From an uncultured Planctomycetota bacterium (GTDB taxonomy: Bacteria > Planctomycetota > Planctomycetia > Isosphaerales > Isosphaeraceae), in the NCBI GenBank assembly GCA_963823665.1, contig CAWGMQ010000002.1, positions 1 through 64,000 on the forward strand: 64,000 nt of DNA, read 5' to 3'. Below the pieces are notes generated by a model. It was not told the DNA's origin and did not search any database. It saw nothing but the letters and a program-made list of their open reading frames with translations. Positions 49,596 to 60,353 of this stretch are shown here, piece after piece. Numbering within the stretch: position 1 is the first letter of the stretch; every line of letters begins with the position of its first letter. The position numbers and the translations under genes are program-made.

Positions 49596-50033
49596 ATGCA
49601 CGTTCCTCTGATCTTGCACGAGCGCTTGGGCAACTGGGCCGGGCAACTCCGTTCGCGACTGCAAAACTTGCCGATCCGATGGTTTGAAACGCGGTCGCGT
49701 CGAGACCTCGATGACGTGCTGACCGGACTCGCTTGCCCCGTAGTCCTGATCGACCCGGGAACGCAATTGGCCAATGGCCTGATCGACCTCGATCTGGTAC
49801 GAATGCGGGCTCCCGATGCGCTGGTCCTGGTCAGAAACGCTGGGGGCGAAAGCGAAGCAACACTCCTCGCACGGGAGCTCGGCGCGACCCAGGTGCTTTC
49901 CGGATTCGTGCCTCCGCCGGAGGTCGCTTGCCTGCTGAGTCGCTGGGTGCTCTTGGCCCAGCGCCGAATCGAGTGCAGCGGCTGGTCACGAATCTCATCC
50001 TCTGAATCGAATCTCCTGGAGGGTTCTTTCTGA
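49596..50033 (+). CDS. Hypothetical protein (degenerate receiver-like fold possible)
   Basis: VVLID...ARELGAT pattern; stop overlaps the next ATG. Confidence 0.65.
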   Translation: MHVPLILHERLGNWAGQLRSRLQNLPIRWFETRSRRDLDDVLTGLACPVVLIDPGTQLANGLIDLDLVRMRAPDALVLVRNAGGESEATLLARELGATQVLSGFVPPPEVACLLSRWVLLAQRRIECSGWSRISSSESNLLEGSF

Positions 50034-51199
50034 TGTTCGGCAAAACCAACACCCCTCTGAGCGAACGGGCTGTTATCGAAGCGTTGCGAGGCGTCAAGGA
50101 CCCCGACATCGGTCGCGATCTGGTCGATCTCGGGATGATCAAGGATATCAAAATCGGTGACGGCACCGTGGCGCTGACGGTCAATCTCACAACCCCGGCC
50201 TGTCCGCTCAAGGCGCAGATCGAGCGCGACGTGCGGACCGCGCTCCAGAGCCGTTTGCCCGGTGAATGGAGCTTTCATATCACGATGACTGCGGAGGTTC
50301 GCGGCAAAGGAATCACCGAAACCGGTGACATCCCCGGCATAAAGAACGTGATTGCCGTCGGCTCCGGAAAAGGGGGTGTCGGCAAATCGACCATGGCCGC
50401 GGCAATCGCCTTTGGCCTGCGTTCTTACGGAGCAAGTGTCGGCCTCATGGATGCCGACGTCTACGGCCCGTCCATCCCCCACCTGGTAGGAGCCGGTGGC
50501 CGCCCCATGGCGCGGGGCGATCGCATTCAACCAATCGAGACCAACGGCCTGAAGCTGATGTCGATGGGTTTTCTGCTCGAGCCCGAAAAAGCGGTCATCA
50601 TGCGCGGGCCGATGCTTCACGGAATCATGCAGCAGTTCCTTCGCCAGGTCGACTGGGGAAACCTCGACTACCTCGTGATCGACTTGCCCCCGGGTACGGG
50701 TGATGTTCCCCTCACCCTCGCCCAGGCGCTCCCACTCACCGGTGCAGTAGTGGTCTGCACGCCCCAGGAGGTTGCTCTGCTCGATGCAACCCGCGCGATA
50801 ACCATGTTCCGTCAGCTCAAGGTGCCCATCCTGGGTATGATCGAGAACATGTCCTTTTTCGATGTGGTCGCATACCTCAAAGAGCGCGGCGGGCCGGAGG
50901 CTCAGAAGCATATCGATGCTAAGGGGTATTTCGACGTGCCCGGTGACGAGCGCATTTATATCTTCGGCCGCGGGGGTGCCAGGCGCAAGGCCGAACAGCT
51001 CGCTGTCCCGTTCCTCGGCGAAGTGCCTCTCAATATTTTCCTCCGCGAGTCGGGTGACGCAGGCAAGTTGGAATCAGCACTCCTTCCCGGCTCTCCATCG
51101 CGGCCCTATCTGCTCGGCGTTGTCGAGCAGCTCGCGGCCCAGATCAGCATCCAGAACATCAAGACACCCAAGATGCCGAAGCTCGAGGTCATCAGTTAG
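50033..51199 (+). CDS. mrp: Mrp/ApbC/NBP35 Fe-S cluster carrier ATPase
   Basis: VKDPD...TTPACP N-domain; GKGGVGKST, DADVYGPS, RGPM, DLPPGTGD, ENMS. Confidence 0.95.
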   Translation: MFGKTNTPLSERAVIEALRGVKDPDIGRDLVDLGMIKDIKIGDGTVALTVNLTTPACPLKAQIERDVRTALQSRLPGEWSFHITMTAEVRGKGITETGDIPGIKNVIAVGSGKGGVGKSTMAAAIAFGLRSYGASVGLMDADVYGPSIPHLVGAGGRPMARGDRIQPIETNGLKLMSMGFLLEPEKAVIMRGPMLHGIMQQFLRQVDWGNLDYLVIDLPPGTGDVPLTLAQALPLTGAVVVCTPQEVALLDATRAITMFRQLKVPILGMIENMSFFDVVAYLKERGGPEAQKHIDAKGYFDVPGDERIYIFGRGGARRKAEQLAVPFLGEVPLNIFLRESGDAGKLESALLPGSPSRPYLLGVVEQLAAQISIQNIKTPKMPKLEVIS

Positions 51200-51204
51200 T
51201 ATTA

Positions 51205-52764
51205 TCAACCTCGCCGCAGCGCACGCCCCGGCGTCGCTCCGGTGGGTTCGCCGTCCTTCAGGACGATCGTCCCGTTGACCAGCACGTGTTCGACACCTTC
51301 GGCCGGAATTCGGCCCGCGGCGTAGGTTGACCGGTCGATGACCACATTCGGATCAAACACCGCGATATCGGCAACGAAGCCCGGACGGATCAGGCCTCGG
51401 TCAGTCAGACGAAATCTGCGGGCCGCATGGGTTGAAAGATGGGTGACCGCCTCCGGCCAGGAGTAATCGCCGAGCTCGCGGGTGTGGTAACCAAGGTACC
51501 GCGCAAAGGCGCCCCATCCCCGCGGATGGGGAAAACCGCCGCAGAAGATTCCGTCAGACCCGGCCATGTGAGCCGGGTGACGTAGAATCGCACGCACGTC
51601 GGCTTCGGTTCGCTCACCCGGGCGAAACGCAACAATCCCAACGGCCATACCCGACGCCGCCAGTATTTCACACACGAAGTCACCGGCAGCCAGCCCCGCT
51701 TGCTCGGCCGCCGAGGCAACCGTATGCCCTTCAGCCCACCGCCATTCGGCGTTCGCGACCATCCCGATCGTCACGTTCTCCAGTGCATAAGGGATTTCGG
51801 TTGCGAACCATTCCGATCTCAGCCGGGCGCGAACCGCCGTGTCCCGGAGCCGGTCCACTGTGGCTTGAACCCCACCCTCCTGGACCCACGGAGGCAGGGC
51901 GATCATCCCCAGGATCGTGCTTCCGGCCAGATAGGGATACGTATCAAACGTCAAGTCTAGACCCAACGCGCGCCCTTCATCGATCATCGGCAGCAAGACA
52001 TCGGCCCGCCCGTTGTAATGCGAGACGTGCGCAGGAACGCCGGTCTTCTGCGCGATCTCACAAACCTCGCGCATGCCGACCGGCGCGAGACGGCCATAGC
52101 CCCTCATGTGGGTCACGTAAACACCATTCTCAGCAACGATCGCCTCGCACAGAGCCGCGATCTCTGAAGCATCAGCATAGCGGCTGGGGATGTAGTCCAG
52201 ACCAGTCGAGAGCCCCACCGCCCCCGCGTTCATTCCGTCGCGCACCAACTTTTGCATCGCACGCACCTCGTCGTGGTGCGGCGGCCGAGCATCGAGGCCC
52301 ATGACCTCCATCCGAACGTTTCCGTTGGGAATCAGGTAGGCCACGTTGATGGCCACTCGCCGGTCGAAGCAGGCGAGGTATTCGTCGATCGTCCGCCACT
52401 GGCACTCAAGGCCGGCCGGGTTGCCATTGAAGCCGGCCGTGTAGCGTCTCATGTAGTCGAGCGTCGCCGGTGAAGCCGGGGCAAAGGAGCTGCCGTCTTG
52501 CCCGATCAGGTAAGTCGTCACGCCTTGCCGCAATGCGGGCGTGTGAATCGGATCGGCCAGGAGCATGAGATCGCCGTGGACGTGCGCGTCGATAAACCCG
52601 GGAACAACGTAGCGACCTTCGACGTCGATGACCTCGGGTGCCACGGCGCCGTCCAGACGCCCAACCTCGGCGATCATCGTCTCGAGCAAACCCACGTCGG
52701 CCAGGAAAGCTGGTCCACCGGAGCCGTCAATCACCCACCCACCCTTCAAAATCAAATCGAACAT
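51205..52764 (-). CDS. N-acyl-D-amino-acid deacylase family amidohydrolase
   Basis: PGFIDAHVHGD, GAVGLSTGLDY, HMR, GSDG, HPRGWG. Confidence 0.92.
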   Translation of the reverse strand: MFDLILKGGWVIDGSGGPAFLADVGLLETMIAEVGRLDGAVAPEVIDVEGRYVVPGFIDAHVHGDLMLLADPIHTPALRQGVTTYLIGQDGSSFAPASPATLDYMRRYTAGFNGNPAGLECQWRTIDEYLACFDRRVAINVAYLIPNGNVRMEVMGLDARPPHHDEVRAMQKLVRDGMNAGAVGLSTGLDYIPSRYADASEIAALCEAIVAENGVYVTHMRGYGRLAPVGMREVCEIAQKTGVPAHVSHYNGRADVLLPMIDEGRALGLDLTFDTYPYLAGSTILGMIALPPWVQEGGVQATVDRLRDTAVRARLRSEWFATEIPYALENVTIGMVANAEWRWAEGHTVASAAEQAGLAAGDFVCEILAASGMAVGIVAFRPGERTEADVRAILRHPAHMAGSDGIFCGGFPHPRGWGAFARYLGYHTRELGDYSWPEAVTHLSTHAARRFRLTDRGLIRPGFVADIAVFDPNVVIDRSTYAAGRIPAEGVEHVLVNGTIVLKDGEPTGATPGRALRRG

Positions 52765-52827
52765 GATCGCTCGCTCCCGCGTTCGTCGCGCGCTTCCTGA
52801 GTGCGTTCAACGACCACGCTTGGTTGC

Positions 52828-53535
52828 TTAAGAAGTGGACCGAGGCTTGGTGAGATCGCCCGCGGACACCGGGATTGGGCTGTCGATGCCCCGCCAGATG
52901 TACCAGCTCGCGATCGTCCGGAACGGCCGCCATGGCTCCGCCAGAGCGTGGCAGTCCCGCGGATGTGGCAGCTCGGGCAAGCCGTGCCTGTCTCGCAGCG
53001 CCACACGCACCCCCAGGTCGCCCGCCGGAAGCACGTCGGGCCGATTCATGACGAAGATCAAGAACATCTCGGCCGTCCAGACGCCGATGCCCTTGACTGC
53101 AGTCAATGCATGCGTGATTGCCTCGTCATCCCACGTGTCGTCGAATTCTTCAATCGGTAACTCTCCACTGAGCACGGCCTCCGCGAGATTAAGAATGTAC
53201 CGGGCCTTTGCGCTCGAGAGTCCGACGGTTCTCAATTCGGTCTCCCCCAGCTCGATTAATCGTTCAGGACACGGCGGATCACCGCCGAGCGCCGTCAGCT
53301 TCATGTTGATCGACCGGGCGGCCTTCGTCGAAATCTGCTGGCCGATGATCGAACGAACAAGCGCGGCAAAGCGATCGGGGTGTGCCTCCAGCCGGCAGGG
53401 GCCGATCCGATCGATGATCGCCTTCAGGTGGGCGTCAACCGCCCGCAGATGCTTGACGGCGGCATCCCACCGATCCAGGGAACGCCGATTCTCTCGTCGA
53501 CGTCGGATCGAGCGCGGGCGTCGCTGTTTGCTCAT
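52828..53535 (-). CDS. DNA-3-methyladenine glycosylase II family (HhH-GPD)
   Basis: IIGQQIS, VKGIGVWTAEM, PAGDLG, WRPFR. Confidence 0.93.
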   Translation of the reverse strand: MSKQRRPRSIRRRRENRRSLDRWDAAVKHLRAVDAHLKAIIDRIGPCRLEAHPDRFAALVRSIIGQQISTKAARSINMKLTALGGDPPCPERLIELGETELRTVGLSSAKARYILNLAEAVLSGELPIEEFDDTWDDEAITHALTAVKGIGVWTAEMFLIFVMNRPDVLPAGDLGVRVALRDRHGLPELPHPRDCHALAEPWRPFRTIASWYIWRGIDSPIPVSAGDLTKPRSTS

Positions 53536-54830
53536 GACCGCACTCTGCTCATCTGCGACGTCGTTTCCGAGTGCTGCTCATACGGTTCGACAAGCTTGTA
53601 TTCCGGGTTGGCCTCGACGTACTGTTTGACCCGGTCGCGACGGTCAAGAGCCTTGGGGAGAAACTCCATCGCCTTTTCAATTCGGTCATTGGGCTCAGCA
53701 CAACTGAAACGCAGGAAACCCCGGCCGGCTTCGCCGAAGCATTCACCACCCAGGCAAGCAATTCCGAACCGATCGTCTGCACCCTCGAGAAGGTAGTAAG
53801 CCAGACCGTGCGAGGTGATTCGCAGCCTGTTACACACCGTGCGCACGTCGGGGAAGACATAAAAGGTGCCGGCTGGGCGGGCGACGCGGAACCCCTCGAC
53901 TCGTTGCAGACCTTCACAAAGACGCTCAACCTTGTCGCGGAACCGTTTCATATAGTCATCGCGAGTTTCTGTGTCACGCTCGAGGGCAGCTTCTGCGGCT
54001 CGTTGCGCAAACGGTGGCGTACACGACGCCGACGTGTTGATCAGCTTGCCGATCGCATCAACCACTTTCGGCGCCGCCACGGCGAATCCCAGCCGCCAGC
54101 CGCTCATGCTGTACGACTTGCTGAACGTGTACGCTGCCACGACGTGCTCGAGCATGCCCGGTTCAGCCAGGATCGACGTGTGCTGCCCGTCCCAGACCAT
54201 GTGGCAATACGGCTCGTCCGAGAAAACCATCAACTCGCTTCCGCGCACGATATCGGCAATTTCGGCCAGGTCGCCGCGAGTGGCCACGCCCCCAGTCGGA
54301 TTGTGAGGCGAGTTCAGCATGATCCCACGCGGCCTGGAATCGCTCGCGAGAAATCGCCGTACAGCCTCCGCCGACGGCCGAAAGTCCTGCTCGACCAGGA
54401 GCGGAGCAAGAACGGCCCGCGCCCCCCTCCGCTCGAGGTTCGGGATGTAGGTCGGAAACTGCGGGCTGAACACGAGTACCCCGTCTCCCGGGTCGAGCAC
54501 CGCCTCGGCAAAATACTGCTCGAACGGCTTTGCACCCGAACCGACGACTATATTCTCAGCCGTGACGGAATAACCAAACTCGCGCGAGACAAATCTCGCC
54601 GCTGCCGCACGAAAACTGGGCAGGCCCAGGCTCGGACAGTAGCCCGTCTCGTTATCCTCGATCGCCTTGATTCCCGCCTGCTTGGCGTGCGGAGTCGTGG
54701 GAAAAGGGCTGTCGCCGATCTCCAGCTCCACAACATCTTTACCTCTGGCACGAAGCTGCTGCGCAACCGCCAAGACCGTGAAAGCCGATTCAGCCGTCAA
54801 GTTGCGAGCGAGCGAGCTAAGTCCAGGCAT
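53532..54830 (-). CDS. PLP-dependent aminotransferase class I/II
   Basis: NSPHNPTG, SDEPY, FSKSYSMSGWRLG. Confidence 0.93.
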   Translation of the reverse strand: MPGLSSLARNLTAESAFTVLAVAQQLRARGKDVVELEIGDSPFPTTPHAKQAGIKAIEDNETGYCPSLGLPSFRAAAARFVSREFGYSVTAENIVVGSGAKPFEQYFAEAVLDPGDGVLVFSPQFPTYIPNLERRGARAVLAPLLVEQDFRPSAEAVRRFLASDSRPRGIMLNSPHNPTGGVATRGDLAEIADIVRGSELMVFSDEPYCHMVWDGQHTSILAEPGMLEHVVAAYTFSKSYSMSGWRLGFAVAAPKVVDAIGKLINTSASCTPPFAQRAAEAALERDTETRDDYMKRFRDKVERLCEGLQRVEGFRVARPAGTFYVFPDVRTVCNRLRITSHGLAYYLLEGADDRFGIACLGGECFGEAGRGFLRFSCAEPNDRIEKAMEFLPKALDRRDRVKQYVEANPEYKLVEPYEQHSETTSQMSRVRS

Positions 54831-54873
54831 GTATACCCCTGAATTCGAGAACGTCCGGCCGGGCACACCGAGC

Positions 54874-55617
54874 TCAGTGCGAGGCGATGGCCTGCACGAG
54901 CGGCTTCACGATCCGTGGAACGACCGATTGCTCCAGAAGTTCCTCGCCAATTTGCCGCTGCCGCCGAACCGCTTCTAGAAACGTTGTCTCCGGTCCACTC
55001 CCCCAGTATCGCCGCAGCGTGAAGTAGACGCTGATCTGGTCGTCGATGAACTCGCGCCCTCGAGGCGGAGCGGCACTTGTATGGTTCTCGATCAAGAGCT
55101 GGCACTGAAGACCGCCTGACTCGTCAAGTGCCAGAATCAGCGAAGGCTCGAATTTGACCACCTGCGACTTCGGAAGCTCGAATAGACCTTCCAGACCATG
55201 CCCAACGCCGATCGCCTCGGCAACGACCTCGTCGTGATTTCCGTCATAATGAAAGTCGAACTCGTACATGATTTCGACCGCCTCGCAATCCAGCGTGCTG
55301 ATCGTCAGCAGGTGCGGGGCCAGATCCAGCACCAACTCATGCTGCCGGAACGCAGCGTCCATCGTCTCCGGATTGAACTGCCCCGAGCACAATCGTCGTG
55401 GCTGAATCGCCAGCCACCGATGAGATTCCCGCTCTTTCTCGCTTTCCAGCACGAGATCCCCGTTCTCGCGTTTGAAAAAATGCTTTAACTCAGGGAATCC
55501 CTTACGCATCTGCTCGAAAAAGTGCAAAACCGTGTCGCGGTTGTTCGGCAACTCCATTTGCGTGATCAGGTGGACGTTAACATGAAACCCGTCGGCAATG
55601 CCAGTATAGCCGTTCAT
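54874..55617 (-). CDS. Hypothetical protein
   Basis: 247-aa protein-like ORF, co-oriented with its neighbours. Confidence 0.75.
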   Translation of the reverse strand: MNGYTGIADGFHVNVHLITQMELPNNRDTVLHFFEQMRKGFPELKHFFKRENGDLVLESEKERESHRWLAIQPRRLCSGQFNPETMDAAFRQHELVLDLAPHLLTISTLDCEAVEIMYEFDFHYDGNHDEVVAEAIGVGHGLEGLFELPKSQVVKFEPSLILALDESGGLQCQLLIENHTSAAPPRGREFIDDQISVYFTLRRYWGSGPETTFLEAVRRQRQIGEELLEQSVVPRIVKPLVQAIASH

Positions 55618-55796
55618 CCTTGTATTCCTGAAAACTCGGGGACACCCCGGCTTGATCGCAGAACGGTCAAGCCCAAGGCATGAAGCCAATCCCGAAGAAG
55701 CGAAGTTGCCAAGCTTATCTCCTGTTAATCCAATCTACCACACCCGGATTGATCAAGGAATGAATCCAGTTCCCACAGACGATCCACGAATCCGTC

Positions 55797-58700
55797 TCAG
55801 ACACGTGTCTTGCCCGTTTCTGGGTGCCGAAGGCGGATCGGACCGATCGTATCGGGTTCGACGTTCGGGTCAGTGAACACGCGGGCGTGCTGCCGCGGAA
55901 TGCGAGGTGGTAATCGAACCGGGAACGCAGTGCCATCCCTTCCGGAAGGAAATCGCGCGATGATCTGCCCATCGTCGACGCAAAGAGGAACCACGCGTTG
56001 ATGAGCGACCAGAACCATGGGAGGAATGACAGTCCCTGGCGGGTCGGTCCGTAGTGTTAATAACCACGGAAGCCCCGGTAGCCACGGTCGCTTGAGACAA
56101 TAAGAGACCGTCACTTCCGGATGCGGCCCGGGCAAGACCGTGGTAGCCGTCGGCTCTAGACCCGGCGAAATCGACCGGGCTGCGTCAAGGTTCACCACGC
56201 TGTAGACCCTGATATGCCAGGGGCCATTGTAGGGCGACGCCGATTCAGATCTGTCGCCGGGTGAGGGCAGGGGGGGCTCGGTCGAGCCTGCGGAATGCTC
56301 GGTGATCGGCAAGTTGAGAGTCCAGCATTCGTGACGATTATAGTCATCCCGCTTCACCATCTCATTGATCGCGCCCGGATCGTCCGGACCTTCCGGAGCC
56401 GTCCCCTGGCGAGCAACGATCAGGGTCGCATCGGCGACTCCCGTCCAGTTCCATCGTAGCGTCACGCGAACACCAAGCGTCGATGCTCCCAGGCCTTGGC
56501 CGGCACGAGTGGCGCGAAGCTCGGTGGGATCGGCGACCCGCGAAAACGCAACGCTATGCCCAACCGTCGCCATTTCACCCCACGCGACCAGCGGCGTGTA
56601 ATAGCAGTGGCCTTCGGATGGCGGATCCGGATCGATCGCGCGATCGGGAGCAACCGATTCGATCCAGCGGCCATCGAGTGCATTCGTCTGCCGGCCCGAA
56701 AGTCGTGTGCCGATCGCGTGTGGCAACGCCCCGGCTGTCCGTAGTACCCTGACCGACCCCCGCGCCGGCTCGACCCAGTCGATGCGAACCCGGCCGCTCG
56801 GTTCCACCAGAAGTCGCGGTGCCTCGAGCGTCGAGATTGGTGCCTGCGGCCGCGCCGATACAACCACCCCTGGGGCTGGGAACAGCTTGCCGTCAGCCAT
56901 CGCATAGATCGCGTAAATTCCGTAATGATAGACCTCGTTGGGGTCAAGGTTGCGGTCCAGCGTGTGGTCCAGCGCCGCTGGAATCCGGTCACCGTCCCGT
57001 GGACTCTTGGGCGGACCTCCCTGCTTCCGGATCACTCGCACCTCAGATACACCTCGAGGGAGCGACCAGCCGAGCTCGACCTCGCGATTTCGAAACTCGA
57101 CCCGAACATCTTTGACATCCGCAAGGAACAAAAACGGCCCGAGCGAGATCGCGGCAACTGATTCGACCGAGCCTCGTTTAGAGAGCACAGCGTATCCGAC
57201 CGTATCGCCAGGCGTCACGTGCATATCGTCAAACTCGCTGGTGCTCACCTCGGCGATGCGCGTTCCGTCACCGGGATGCTCGAGAGCTCCTCCTCGCTTA
57301 CGAACAACGACAAACGTCAGTGGGCCCAACCCGTCGGGCGGAGGAGGCGTCCACGAAAGACGGATCCGATCGCCCAGAACCTGTGCATCAAGCGAAGTGG
57401 CTGTCTCGGGTGGAGTTCGTTTCAACCCGGTTATCGCCTCTGGCAAGTCCGCCGCAATCGCCAGGCTCTGTCGATACAGGTATCTCGCCGCCGCCGCGTC
57501 GGTCCTCTCCATGCTTCGTGCCTTCGCCGCCAAAGCCTCTGCGCGAAGCAAGGCATTCGACAGGTCGGACCAGGCTGCCTGAAGGTCCGGCGACGCCGGA
57601 TCGACCATGCGGCTCCAGGCTTCGATAGCAGCACGGGCTGACACCAGCCGGCCTCCCGCACGCGCCGCCTGATAAGCGAGTTGCACCCGTCCAATATCCG
57701 CCTGTCTCTGCTTGATCTTGGCCACCCCACTCCGAGCACCAGGAAGATTTGGCACAATCTCCTGCACACGATCCAGATGCTCGAGCGCGCGTTCAAGGTC
57801 GAAATTGCGAAAGGCGCTTTGCGCGGCCTCAAAATGCCGCACCAGGGGCTCATGAAACGCCTGTCGAAACCCGCAGCCGCACCGGCGCTCATCAATCCAG
57901 AGATTGGCCTTGCACACCGGGCAATCCCATTTGAGCGACGCCCCGCAGTGCCGGCACCGCGCTGGGCCGGACTTCCGCGCAATCGGGCTCATTTCACTCA
58001 CACCCGTGCAGTGCCGGCACCGCAACAGACTCAACTTTGCCGAGCCGTTGACGTGCGATGTCGCCGCCCCAGCAGGAGAAATGCCCGCTCCAGAAGCAGC
58101 ATGATCAGTCGTCCCTCGATCGCGGGCGATGTTCGAGCGACGGCAGATGCGGCCAACCAGTCGATCGGCCCGCTCGGATGCGATCCCTAACCGGGCGCCT
58201 TCTTCGACCAGGACGGATGTTGTTCCCTGATCAAGCCGCTTGAGCCCCTTGAGCGCAAACTCAGCCAGCGATTCGAACGACTCCTCTGCCTCCAGAGCCA
58301 GTGTCTGGTCGTACCTCGCCCGCGCTTTGCCCGAAGTCAGATGCGACTGGGCATGGTTGATGACCTCGAGCCACGCGGTCTTCTCGGCTGTGACCTGTGC
58401 TTTTTTCATCCACCGCTGTCGCTCGGCATCGGCGCGGGCAACAATATAAGAACCTGGCGCGTCGCGACTGACTCCGAGAGCATCATACAGATCCAGACAC
58501 CCAAGGTGTTCGAGCGCAGCCCGTATCTGCCGCCTTGTCGACGGATCGAGCGTTTCGCGGCGATCGTCGTCGTCCAGCTCGGGCCCGGTCTCGACGACCT
58601 CACTCTCGACGAGCTCCGGAATCGGCCGTGTCGCTCGAATAACGTCTTCGTCGCTCAATCCCAGATTCGCCGCCTCTTCGCTCAGGAGCCGCCGATCCGT

Positions 58701-59006
58701 CGCCGTGAGCCCTCCTTTGGCGGCACGAAGGTTCACGCGACGGAGCAACAAGTCGAGCTTCCGCTCTCGCTCGGCCACCTGAACCATGGCGAGTTCGGCG
58801 TCGTACGCCGCTCGGGAAGCAGGATCGCTCAGAACCGCCTTGCGCAGCGCGGGAATCTCATCGAGATAGAGTTGATTGGCGTGCCGCGTCTTGGGGTTTC
58901 GGGTTCCCATGGACCAGACCGGCTGCATGCGTTTGAGCGCGCCCTCGATCTCGGCCCGATCGGCCCCCGGATCAACCCCTAGCCTCGCATAGTAGTCTGG
59001 AACCAT
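55797..59006 (-). CDS. Large multidomain protein: two J-domain-like segments lacking HPD, Cys-rich Zn ribbons, helical region and FN3-like domains
   Basis: DYYARLGV...R.AYD and DLYDALGV...RARYD; CRHC, CRHC, CPVC, CGCG; IRLSW.PP, VELGWS.P, VTLRW.W. Confidence 0.8.
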   Translation of the reverse strand: MVPDYYARLGVDPGADRAEIEGALKRMQPVWSMGTRNPKTRHANQLYLDEIPALRKAVLSDPASRAAYDAELAMVQVAERERKLDLLLRRVNLRAAKGGLTATDRRLLSEEAANLGLSDEDVIRATRPIPELVESEVVETGPELDDDDRRETLDPSTRRQIRAALEHLGCLDLYDALGVSRDAPGSYIVARADAERQRWMKKAQVTAEKTAWLEVINHAQSHLTSGKARARYDQTLALEAEESFESLAEFALKGLKRLDQGTTSVLVEEGARLGIASERADRLVGRICRRSNIARDRGTTDHAASGAGISPAGAATSHVNGSAKLSLLRCRHCTGVSEMSPIARKSGPARCRHCGASLKWDCPVCKANLWIDERRCGCGFRQAFHEPLVRHFEAAQSAFRNFDLERALEHLDRVQEIVPNLPGARSGVAKIKQRQADIGRVQLAYQAARAGGRLVSARAAIEAWSRMVDPASPDLQAAWSDLSNALLRAEALAAKARSMERTDAAAARYLYRQSLAIAADLPEAITGLKRTPPETATSLDAQVLGDRIRLSWTPPPPDGLGPLTFVVVRKRGGALEHPGDGTRIAEVSTSEFDDMHVTPGDTVGYAVLSKRGSVESVAAISLGPFLFLADVKDVRVEFRNREVELGWSLPRGVSEVRVIRKQGGPPKSPRDGDRIPAALDHTLDRNLDPNEVYHYGIYAIYAMADGKLFPAPGVVVSARPQAPISTLEAPRLLVEPSGRVRIDWVEPARGSVRVLRTAGALPHAIGTRLSGRQTNALDGRWIESVAPDRAIDPDPPSEGHCYYTPLVAWGEMATVGHSVAFSRVADPTELRATRAGQGLGASTLGVRVTLRWNWTGVADATLIVARQGTAPEGPDDPGAINEMVKRDDYNRHECWTLNLPITEHSAGSTEPPLPSPGDRSESASPYNGPWHIRVYSVVNLDAARSISPGLEPTATTVLPGPHPEVTVSYCLKRPWLPGLPWLLTLRTDPPGTVIPPMVLVAHQRVVPLCVDDGQIIARFPSGRDGTAFPVRLPPRIPRQHARVFTDPNVEPDTIGPIRLRHPETGKTRV

Positions 59007-59319
59007 CGTTGCATTCGTCTGGGCTTTTCGTCATTTGCCCCCGGCTTGCGATCTCCTCGCCCGTCGAGACCTGAACGTGCAAATCAGAAAATCATTGTCG
59101 AGCAATTGTCTCAAAACGTCCAGTCGCTGGGTGAAACCACGATCGTCGTCTTCTGGCAAGAGCTCTGAGCATGCGCCAAGTACTCTAGATTCGCCTGAAA
59201 ATCGTCCCGAAAGCTACGCCAAACCGCCCCTACCAAGTTACAATCGCTCCTGGGAAGCCCCAACATTTACCCAAACCATCCCCGATCCACGCCCGCGACC
59301 GAACGCCTGGGAGCCCGCC

Positions 59320-59778
59320 ATGACACCTGCCGTTCATTTGACAGTGGATATCCGAAACGGCCGGAAATGCGTATCGACTGGCTCACCGTGGGAACCCGTT
59401 GTCGGCTACTCGCGAGCGACACGGGAGGGAGATTTCATATTCGTCACCGGCACGTTGGGGCTCGAGCCCGATGGCCGGTTCGGTCCGACCCTCAAGGATC
59501 AGACGCGCCGGGCTCTGGCGATAGTCATTGCGGCGATCGAGGCGCTCGGCGGCCGAGCCTCCGATGTCGTCAGGACCCGCATCTACGTGACCGACATCTC
59601 CCGCTGGCGTGAAGCCGCCGACATTCACAGCGAGTATTTCGAGTCAATCCGTCCAGCGACGACGATGGTTCAAATCGCCAAGCTGATTGACGACAGGGCC
59701 ATGGTGGAAATCGAGGCCGATGCGATCGTTCGTCATGAGCCCCACGACCCAGCCCCGCAGAACCCGGCAACTCACTGA
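59320..59778 (+). CDS. RidA/YjgF family protein
   Basis: WEPVVGYSRA, DVVRTRIYVTD, RPATTMV, VEIEADA. Confidence 0.92.
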   Translation: MTPAVHLTVDIRNGRKCVSTGSPWEPVVGYSRATREGDFIFVTGTLGLEPDGRFGPTLKDQTRRALAIVIAAIEALGGRASDVVRTRIYVTDISRWREAADIHSEYFESIRPATTMVQIAKLIDDRAMVEIEADAIVRHEPHDPAPQNPATH

Positions 59779-59824
59779 GCTCCGTCGACCGAGAACCATT
59801 CACCGACACCGACACCTTCCCCGT

Positions 59825-60286
59825 TCACTGCCGACGGATTTCCGCGGGCACCGCACGCCCGGCCAGATAATACACGTAAGCCGTAACCGCGTTTACCTCA
59901 GGAGGGTCGAGAACCCGGCTCCAACCCTCCATTCTGGTGTTGGGCACTCCTCGGCCGATAACGGCAACAACCTGTGCGGGACTGTCGCCGTGCTTCCATA
60001 CATCGTCCGTGAGGTTGCCTACCGGCGGGCCGATCAATTGCCCGGCAAGCGGGCCGTCGCCCCGCCCGTCATTTCCGTGGCATGCCACGCAACGCGCCAG
60101 GTAGATGAGCCGGCCCTGGCTGAGCAATGGGTCTCTCGCAACCTCAGGGGGAGCCGGCCTTGCCGGCTTGCTCAGGATCCGGAAGCCGATGAAACCCCCG
60201 GCGACGAGCGCCGCCATCGCCAGAACAATCAGCCCGGAGATCCAGGGACCGGAGCTGCCGCCAGAGGCTCTTGTCGGAGCTAGCAT
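59825..60286 (-). CDS. Membrane-anchored c-type cytochrome
   Basis: N-terminal TM, CVACH heme motif, distal Met (NTRMEGW). Confidence 0.9.
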   Translation of the reverse strand: MLAPTRASGGSSGPWISGLIVLAMAALVAGGFIGFRILSKPARPAPPEVARDPLLSQGRLIYLARCVACHGNDGRGDGPLAGQLIGPPVGNLTDDVWKHGDSPAQVVAVIGRGVPNTRMEGWSRVLDPPEVNAVTAYVYYLAGRAVPAEIRRQ

Positions 60287-60353
60287 GATCACTGAACACC
60301 CGCCTTGCTCCCGAGACGTGAAAACTCCAGAAGACACTCGACAGCGGATAACT

